From the IMG/VR virus record IMGVR_UViG_3300021387_000074: 64,000 bases of DNA. The stretch is one strand, 5' to 3'. Shown in pieces: positions 58,259 through 64,000 of this stretch. This stretch comes from a virus. Lineage: Duplodnaviria > Heunggongvirae > Uroviricota > Caudoviricetes. Positions within the stretch are counted from its first letter, which is position 1; every line of letters begins with the position of its first letter. A model generated the notes under the pieces. The model searched no databases, was not told where the DNA came from, and saw nothing but the letters and a program-made list of their open reading frames with translations. Made by a program: the position numbers and the translations under genes.

Positions 58259-58778
58259 CCTTTTCCTCCGAAAATGAATCAACAAATATGTTGTTTAATG
58301 AATTACCATAACCATTAATGCTATCTGTTAATTCAGCTCTTCTTTTTAAGAGAGCTGATATTTGTTCATTGACTTCATCAAGTTCTTTAATCATATTAAA
58401 GATTAAGTTATTTGTATTATTTACTTCAACTTTCCACTTAAAATCAATAAGTGTGCTAAAATCAAAAGTGCTTGGTAAACTACTTGTTTCCCAAAAGTAA
58501 AAAGTAAATATATTATGATTATAATTTATAACTACTTCGTTATAATAATCATGAAAAGTATCTTCTCTTATTAAAGTGCTTTCGACGCTCATTTGTTCAT
58601 CACCAACTAAATAATCGTCATAATCATGATAATCTACGTGTCTTTCTATCTCATACCTTTTTTTCTTTGCATTTTCATGAAGAAAACGAGTGAGCAAACC
58701 AACTTCAGTATTACAAAGTGCTTTATAATCATTAGTTCTTGCTAATTTATCAAGAACATCTTGAACTCTTTCCACCAT
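58251..58778 (-). CDS. Hypothetical early protein with C-terminal coiled coil
   Basis: Start moved to ATG 58778 (SD aaagga) to resolve the overlap with 58750-59022. Confidence 0.6.
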   Translation of the reverse strand: MVERVQDVLDKLARTNDYKALCNTEVGLLTRFLHENAKKKRYEIERHVDYHDYDDYLVGDEQMSVESTLIREDTFHDYYNEVVINYNHNIFTFYFWETSSLPSTFDFSTLIDFKWKVEVNNTNNLIFNMIKELDEVNEQISALLKRRAELTDSINGYGNSLNNIFVDSFSEEKDG

Positions 58779-59022
58779 AGTTAATACCGTCCTTTTCAAG
58801 TTTTTCCCAATCTCTTGCGGCGTGAATTGCGTAGGTTCTACCTTTGTATCTAATCCAATCTTCTCCGCTGCCATCCATATAGATAGACATAGATTTAATC
58901 TCGAAACCACGAGTTTCGATTTCTTTGCGCTCTTCAAGAGTCATACGACCTTTGTAATAAGAGCCATTTGGTTTCTCTATAGCTTCAACTAATTTATCGT
59001 TTAATTCCTTTCTGAGTTTCAT
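58750..59022 (-). CDS. Hypothetical early protein
   Basis: 90 aa, SD ggagg, ATGA overlap with the upstream gene. Confidence 0.6.
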   Translation of the reverse strand: MKLRKELNDKLVEAIEKPNGSYYKGRMTLEERKEIETRGFEIKSMSIYMDGSGEDWIRYKGRTYAIHAARDWEKLEKDGINYGGKSSRCS

Positions 59023-59585
59023 ACTGCCTCCGCAAAAGTTTCAACTTCTCGTTGATTTAATTCGTCTTCAATTTCATATAATTCTTCTTGAAGTTTTTTA
59101 ATTTCTGCTTTTAATTTTTCTGCCTTAGTAAGCAAATTCTCTGTTCTGTTGCGAGTTGAAGAAACTTCGCAACTCCAAAACGGAAGTTTGTTAAAATAAA
59201 TTTCTTCTTTACTACAATCCCAAAACTTAAATATGAAATGATCGCCATCAAGCCAAACTTCTTCTTTAACAAGAACACCAAATTTCTTTTTCGTTTGAAT
59301 TATTGTTGCTTTGACTTCGTCAAAGATATTTGCATAACCAGTATTCCAAGAATCGATTGCTTTAAAAGTTGTATCAAATCCCCAAGGAAGATTAGCACTG
59401 TCAGAATAATCTTCAGCCGAGCATCCGCCCCAGCAATAATTATAATCGTCTTCTCTGTTTGCAAATTCTGCAATCCTATCAAGATTGTAGTGAAGATAAT
59501 CACAAATTAGACATTGCTCTGCAGATGTTAATTTTTCAAAATCACCAAGCTCAGCCAAATGTTTAAAAACTTCTTTGTCTGTCAT
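59019..59585 (-). CDS. Hypothetical early protein with C-terminal coiled coil
   Basis: 188 aa, SD gaggt, own promoter. Confidence 0.7.
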   Translation of the reverse strand: MTDKEVFKHLAELGDFEKLTSAEQCLICDYLHYNLDRIAEFANREDDYNYCWGGCSAEDYSDSANLPWGFDTTFKAIDSWNTGYANIFDEVKATIIQTKKKFGVLVKEEVWLDGDHFIFKFWDCSKEEIYFNKLPFWSCEVSSTRNRTENLLTKAEKLKAEIKKLQEELYEIEDELNQREVETFAEAV

Positions 59586-59605
59586 AAGTTTTACCTCTTG
59601 AGAAA

Positions 59606-59634
59606 ATTATACTATAAAAATGGATTTTTGTAAA
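59606..59634 (-). promoter_or_regulatory. Early promoter
   Basis: TTTACA-N17-TATAAT. Confidence 0.8.
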
Positions 59635-60039
59635 TTAGATTGGTTTTAAAACACTCTCTTTAAATGAAAATTGATAAAGACGACAATTGTTAAACTTGAC
59701 TTGAAATAGTGGAAAATCTTCAGTTTCCATCATGTTGAAAACACTCTCTTTAAGCATTTGTGTTTCTTCTACTCCGAGAGTCATAAATAATGGGTTTAAT
59801 CGTTCGGCAACTGCTTCTTCTATCATTATGTGTAAATCTAGAGCATTAAACATATTGTCTACTTTTGTGAAAATATAAACTTCGTCATCTGAAGGTAGTG
59901 GTGGAACTTCTGTAAATGAAGTTGCAGTAAATGACTCATCAACATTTGCTGAAAGCATATCGACGAGTTCTTTAGATTTTACCGTTATTTCCATTTCAAT
60001 AGCGGCTTCCATATTGTATGGTAATGTTATGCTTATCAT
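59635..60039 (-). CDS. Hypothetical early protein (start uncertain, 60039 or 60069)
   Basis: Open frame; ATG 60039 follows the upstream stop. Confidence 0.55.
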   Translation of the reverse strand: MISITLPYNMEAAIEMEITVKSKELVDMLSANVDESFTATSFTEVPPLPSDDEVYIFTKVDNMFNALDLHIMIEEAVAERLNPLFMTLGVEETQMLKESVFNMMETEDFPLFQVKFNNCRLYQFSFKESVLKPI

Positions 60040-60044
60040 GTTTA

Positions 60045-60653
60045 TTACATTGGTACGAAAGTGGCGCACATGTTTGTTTGCGCTAAGCAGTATTCGGCAA
60101 GTTCTTCCTTACCTGCTTTAGTAAGTTCTTCCGCTAATGTACCAACTGCCTCTCTTACTTTTTCTTGAGAATCAGGGTCTTCGTTAAGAAGTTCACCCAC
60201 AGCCTTAACAAGGCTCATTGTTGTTCTGAGGATAGGATCTGGCTTTTTGTCCGCGCCAACTTTTTGAAGCTCGCGAATAAGCCAGTCCATCATTTTATTA
60301 TTTAAATTACCGTTAAGCCATTCTTGTAAAAAGCAAACAGTTTCATAAACAAAATCACTCTCGTTAGGTATATAAGTAGTAAAAAACTCTTTAAAGAATC
60401 TTTTGAAAATATCTTTGTAAGTTTCTACAAAGCCACTCCAATTTACAACCCAAACACCATTAGAATTTATTTTTTCAAACTCAACGCATTTGTAAATTGT
60501 TTCAATAAACTGATAATACTTAGTATTTGTTGCTAATGAATATGAATCGCTCCAATCCCATTCAACGGTTACGATGCAATCATATACAGTATCACTAGTG
60601 TTTTCGCTTACATGGTCTTGGTGTTTCATAAAATCATAAAGAGTCATAAACAC
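60045..60653 (-). CDS. Hypothetical early protein
   Basis: 202 aa, SD aggagg. Confidence 0.75.
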   Translation of the reverse strand: MFMTLYDFMKHQDHVSENTSDTVYDCIVTVEWDWSDSYSLATNTKYYQFIETIYKCVEFEKINSNGVWVVNWSGFVETYKDIFKRFFKEFFTTYIPNESDFVYETVCFLQEWLNGNLNNKMMDWLIRELQKVGADKKPDPILRTTMSLVKAVGELLNEDPDSQEKVREAVGTLAEELTKAGKEELAEYCLAQTNMCATFVPM

Positions 60654-60656
60654 CTC

Positions 60657-61661
60657 CTATTCTGCAGCTTCGAGTCGTCTCGCTGCACGAAGCTTTCCCA
60701 TTTGTCTGTCGTTAAAAGCCTCATCAACACGCTCTGCGTAAATCCGAGCAATATCTGGTCTACCTATTTCTTGTAAAAGGCCTCTAATACATTCGTGATA
60801 GTCTTCAACATTATCTTTGTATCTGTCGCCCATTTCTTCAATAAGATAGAACATTTCTGAAGATAATTTTTCAGCAACATCGACATTTTCTTTGTAATCA
60901 CCTATCTTAGCAAATGGATCTACGAGTTCTGTGTATTCTTGTTTTCCATATAAATCCCAAACGCCAATCTTTTCGTTTTCGTCCACTTTATAATTGCTAA
61001 ATCTATCTGACTGCAACTCAATACTAACATTTACTTCGATATCACTGATTGCTTTATTAATGTAGTCTTTAAAGATTTTTGGAGTAATTTTCTTCTCTTT
61101 AAGAAGCTTTTCACATAATACAGTTTTGAAGTTTTTCTCAAACTGTTTTTTTACTTTCAAAAAATAATTAGTAGCAACTTTTGGGTCTTCTTTAATTTTT
61201 TTATACTCTTCAAAAGAAATGTCTAAAGTATAATCCCAAATACCAATAGTAATTTCTTCGATATTGAAAATATCTTTGCTATCTGCTTCTGTATCGTTGT
61301 GCATTACATTATGCTCAGCTTCTGAAAACGAACCTGCATAGGAAATCTCCTTACCATTTTCGTTAACAAGTTTAGGATTTATTTTTTCTACATCTATTTT
61401 ATTATCGCAATTAGGTCTTTCAAAATAGAAAGTTTCATTATCGCAAGTTGGCTTAACTCTTATTTTAAGACTAAAGCTTGCAGGTATAAACTGAATATCG
61501 CGTGTAGGTCTAAGCATAGTACGAGGATCGAAATCGTTCGCAGTCCAATACCTACTGTTTGTGCTATAACAATTATCTTCATAGTCAAGCCATGATGTAG
61601 AAAGTGAATTATAATTGTCTTTCCAAGCGTATATCGCATCTCTAAAATCATCTGGATTCAT
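60657..61661 (-). CDS. Hypothetical early protein
   Basis: 334 aa, SD aagga, own promoter. Confidence 0.75.
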   Translation of the reverse strand: MNPDDFRDAIYAWKDNYNSLSTSWLDYEDNCYSTNSRYWTANDFDPRTMLRPTRDIQFIPASFSLKIRVKPTCDNETFYFERPNCDNKIDVEKINPKLVNENGKEISYAGSFSEAEHNVMHNDTEADSKDIFNIEEITIGIWDYTLDISFEEYKKIKEDPKVATNYFLKVKKQFEKNFKTVLCEKLLKEKKITPKIFKDYINKAISDIEVNVSIELQSDRFSNYKVDENEKIGVWDLYGKQEYTELVDPFAKIGDYKENVDVAEKLSSEMFYLIEEMGDRYKDNVEDYHECIRGLLQEIGRPDIARIYAERVDEAFNDRQMGKLRAARRLEAAE

Positions 61662-61692
61662 AATTTCCTTCCTTCTTTTTACTTCTTAGGAA

Positions 61693-61721
61693 ATTATAAC
61701 ACGAAAGTGATTTTTTGTAAA
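61693..61721 (-). promoter_or_regulatory. Early promoter
   Basis: TTTACA-N17-TATAAT with extended TGn. Confidence 0.8.
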
Positions 61722-62180
61722 TTATTTCTCTTTGCGTTCCTCTTTGGATTTGTTCTTATTTTTGTTATAGTTTCCGAAATCGTGTTTTCTATATTTTTGC
61801 ATATAATGTTTGAAACATAGTTTGTGAGCATAATGTTCATTACCACAACCTGGCACAGAACATTTAAAATGCTTTCTTGCATTTGGTTCTACACGACAAT
61901 GCTCTGCTCTGCTTAGGGCAACTACGTTCTCTTTTCTGTTGTCGTGCTTATCTTTATTCTTATGATGTGAAATTCTATTATCTCCGAATTTTAAACCCGC
62001 AGCTACTCTATGTGGGTATTCCCAATAGCCGTGAATATGAGTTCCATGCTCTTTATTATAAGCGGCCGCTTCTTCTTTTGACATTTCAACCCAATGTCTT
62101 TCATAATCTGAAGCTTTTACGTGCTTAGCTTCGTCTAAAATCTCAGCTTCTTCTTTGTCTAACAGTTCGTCTAAGTTCAT
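61722..62180 (-). CDS. HNH endonuclease-like protein with zinc finger, under a late promoter
   Basis: ISHHKNKDKHDNRKENVVALSRAEH (HNH) and CSVPGC...KLCFKHY; AAGTTAA + 4 nt + ATG. Confidence 0.75.
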   Translation of the reverse strand: MNLDELLDKEEAEILDEAKHVKASDYERHWVEMSKEEAAAYNKEHGTHIHGYWEYPHRVAAGLKFGDNRISHHKNKDKHDNRKENVVALSRAEHCRVEPNARKHFKCSVPGCGNEHYAHKLCFKHYMQKYRKHDFGNYNKNKNKSKEERKEK

Positions 62181-62214
62181 ATAATTAACTTAGGTGTAAT
62201 GGTTCAAATAACGC

Positions 62215-62240
62215 AAAACGGGTAGACACCCGTCTACCCG
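62215..62240 (-). terminator. Rho-independent terminator on the - strand
   Basis: cgggtagac-N4-gtctacccg followed by TTTT on the - strand. Confidence 0.8.
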
Positions 62241-62260
62241 CTGGAAGTAAAACTATGAAT

Positions 62261-62326
62261 TTATTTATTCACTGGTATGAATATACCAATGACAATTCCT
62301 ATAATAATACAAATTATAAAATCCAT
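62261..62326 (-). CDS. Possible 21-aa membrane peptide
   Basis: MDFIICIIIGIVIGIFIPVNK*; TAATG coupling to the upstream gene. Confidence 0.4.
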   Translation of the reverse strand: MDFIICIIIGIVIGIFIPVNK

Positions 62327-62880
62327 TACCACACCACAAATTCATCAGTAGCTACAGATTTGTATTTTATGTCATATATAAACCTACATCCGTTATGTTT
62401 GATCACTTGTTTAATTGGAAGATGTGTAGGTTCAGTATCAAATTCAACAAATATCTCAGCTTCATCACTTAGCATAAGTCTCTCTCTAATAAAGTCTTTT
62501 AATAAACTACTGATAACACTATAATTAAGTTTACTAACTAAAAGTTTAGCAGTTTCTTCTCTATATTTAAAATGTTTATTGAAGTTATTAGCACAGAACT
62601 CTGAAAACAAACTCGTTAACCTTTCTTCTCTTGTTTTAAAGAGTAAGTTTAATGTTCCAATAAACACATAATCATCAAGCCAAGTTTTATCTCCAAATGT
62701 TTCGCAAGTCATTTGTTCTTCGGCTAAAACATAATACTCTCCATCTTTTTTATAAATATAATGTTCGCCGCAATTAAAAATTAAATAGGAGACAAATTGA
62801 TCATCTTCACTTGCTTCCGCTACATAAGTAGCGTATTTTGATTGTCTGTCAAAGTCATTCAATGTTATAAGCGACATCAA
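62326..62880 (-). CDS. Hypothetical early protein
   Basis: 184 aa, coupled start. Confidence 0.7.
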   Translation of the reverse strand: MMSLITLNDFDRQSKYATYVAEASEDDQFVSYLIFNCGEHYIYKKDGEYYVLAEEQMTCETFGDKTWLDDYVFIGTLNLLFKTREERLTSLFSEFCANNFNKHFKYREETAKLLVSKLNYSVISSLLKDFIRERLMLSDEAEIFVEFDTEPTHLPIKQVIKHNGCRFIYDIKYKSVATDEFVVW

Positions 62881-63401
62881 TTTCCTCCAAAATCGTCCTT
62901 TACAACTCTTTTTTCTTTTGTGTCGTATGCTATTTGCTTACCAGTAAAAACCTCATCACCTTCATGGTCTACTTCAAATTCATCTATTGTAATTAGAAGA
63001 TCGAAGTCTGAAGGGTTCACAAGATTTAAAATTTTATATTCTTCAGTTTTTTTTCTTACAATACTCCAAGAAAGAAGATGCTTATAAAACGCTTCAGCTG
63101 AGAATAGTAAAAGCATCTTAAAGGCTCCTTCTCTGAATTTTTCGCTTTCATAAAAATCTTCTATCCAAGGCTTACCGACACTTAGGATATCTGAGAACAA
63201 TTCATTTAGTTCACCATTAAAACCATTATAATGTATAACATAATCTCTTTCGTGATCAGTCATAAAATTTTCTTGATTAAAAGATTCTACTTCAAAGTCT
63301 TTTTCTGTACAAAAAACAATATGCTTCTTTTCTTCGTTCTTGCAAAGAAAAATTTCTAATGGCTTTACAAAATTAAATGCTACATACAGATTTGTTCTCA
63401 T
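62877..63401 (-). CDS. Hypothetical early protein
   Basis: 174 aa, ATGA overlap. Confidence 0.7.
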   Translation of the reverse strand: MRTNLYVAFNFVKPLEIFLCKNEEKKHIVFCTEKDFEVESFNQENFMTDHERDYVIHYNGFNGELNELFSDILSVGKPWIEDFYESEKFREGAFKMLLLFSAEAFYKHLLSWSIVRKKTEEYKILNLVNPSDFDLLITIDEFEVDHEGDEVFTGKQIAYDTKEKRVVKDDFGGN

Positions 63402-63658
63402 GAAAGTTTCCTAATAATGATTGGTGTCTTCTCTCCGAAGTAAGCACCAACAGTATTATAGTCGATGAACTCTGCAGCTTCTTCATAAGAAATGTTGTCT
63501 TGCTTCATAAGGCACTCAACCATTTTCTCGTAATCATAAACTGCAACATCATCCATAGTAACTCCAACAAACGCGTCTGCGTAGTCAGGATTTTCGAATA
63601 CTATTGTATCTTCACAATCGTTATCTACTAATTTCTGTTTAAGTTCATCAACTGTCAT
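63398..63658 (-). CDS. Small conserved-type phage hypothetical protein
   Basis: DAFVGV...AVYDYEKMVECLM...SYEEAAEFIDYNT.GAY.GEKTPII pattern I recognise from phage hypotheticals. Confidence 0.7.
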   Translation of the reverse strand: MTVDELKQKLVDNDCEDTIVFENPDYADAFVGVTMDDVAVYDYEKMVECLMKQDNISYEEAAEFIDYNTVGAYFGEKTPIIIRKLS

Positions 63659-63659
63659 T

Positions 63660-64000
63660 TTAGCCCCTTGCTCTTTTTAAAATATCAAGTACGTCATTTA
63701 TCTGTACTGTTCCACCTGAACCAAGTGTTAAACCGTTTACTTCTTTTTCGATCCAATTGATTGTGTTACAATCTAAGTTGCGTGGCTTAGATGGGTCGAT
63801 AAAGATAAAGCCAAAATCATCAATATTTTCATCCCAACTAAAATAAGGGCTTTCACTTGTATTCATTGTGAACATAATTTCTTTTGCTACACCATCTTCT
63901 ATACAAGTTCCAATCTTCCACTCACAGTAAACATCTTCATAACACTTTTCAAGATCTCTGTCAGTTACTTCGCCGTCGCCAACAACTTCATAGAAAAACT
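63660..64000 (-). CDS. Hypothetical protein, 5'-truncated by the window edge
   Basis: The 63660-63875 frame stays open to the window end (FFYEVVGDGEV...EIMFTMN). Confidence 0.65.
   Translation of the reverse strand, partial: FFYEVVGDGEVTDRDLEKCYEDVYCEWKIGTCIEDGVAKEIMFTMNTSESPYFSWDENIDDFGFIFIDPSKPRNLDCNTINWIEKEVNGLTLGSGGTVQINDVLDILKRARG

Larger units (their letters stand above)
1647..62191. promoter_or_regulatory. Dispersed phage late-promoter motif AAGTTAA (24 exact copies at gene starts, 1 variant)
   Basis: First base on + at 1647, 7342, 8023, 9710, 10011, 12197, 13500, 14655, 17973, 19763, 22313, 23204, 24994, 25988, 27924, 31075, 34956, 37695, 38947, 43282, 47486, 48335, 53080; - strand at 62185-62191; variant AAGATAA at 30234. 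Each precedes an ATG or an SD+ATG. Confidence 0.85.

Noticed and set aside
55912-62524. Scattered + strand ORFs in the early block (e.g. 56595, 57391, 59238, 62255)
   Set aside because: Fully antisense to well-supported - strand genes and without regulatory signals
1-64000. Stop-codon reassignment (TAG or TGA read-through) as in some gut jumbo phages
   Set aside because: Core genes (terminase, portal, sheath, ThyX, UvsW) are full-length in the standard code, and TAG ends several genes followed by out-of-frame starts
1-64000. Host assignment (the spanin-like pair suggests a diderm host; a spirochaete was considered)
   Set aside because: Nothing in the window is diagnostic; this needs CRISPR-spacer or homolog taxonomy searches

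Overview
AT-rich fragment of a large T4-related (jumbo-type) myophage genome read in the standard genetic code; no tRNA, rRNA, CRISPR array, integrase or reverse transcriptase was found. Bases 1-54.8 kb are an almost entirely + strand late/virion region: fibre-like genes, a gp55-like sigma factor, holin/spanin-like genes, large terminase, portal, gp13/gp14/gp15-like neck and tail-completion proteins, tail sheath, UvsW-like helicase, ThyX, five glycosyltransferases and a radical SAM enzyme. From 54.9 kb to the end is a convergent - strand block of early-type hypothetical genes with TTTACA-N17-TATAAT promoters. The most striking unexplained structure is an array of about 20 unrelated ORFs (mainly 13.5-29.3 kb and 39-40 kb). 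They share an N-terminal M-x-F...[ILV]-x-E leader resembling prohead-protease pro-peptides, and ten of them end in the same aromatic tag, (Y/F/I/N)-F-(P/N/D)-Y-stop. Their cargo includes a DNA methyltransferase, ADP-ribosyltransferase-like domains, a HAD phosphatase, a gp2-like domain and cryptic membrane segments. I interpret this as a tag-addressed capsid-loading and injection system, which is inference. A phage-specific AAGTTAA late promoter occurs at 24 gene starts I could find by eye, and in 12 of them it lies exactly 4 nt before ATG with no Shine-Dalgarno, implying leaderless mRNAs. All functional calls come from motif recognition only; no database search was run.
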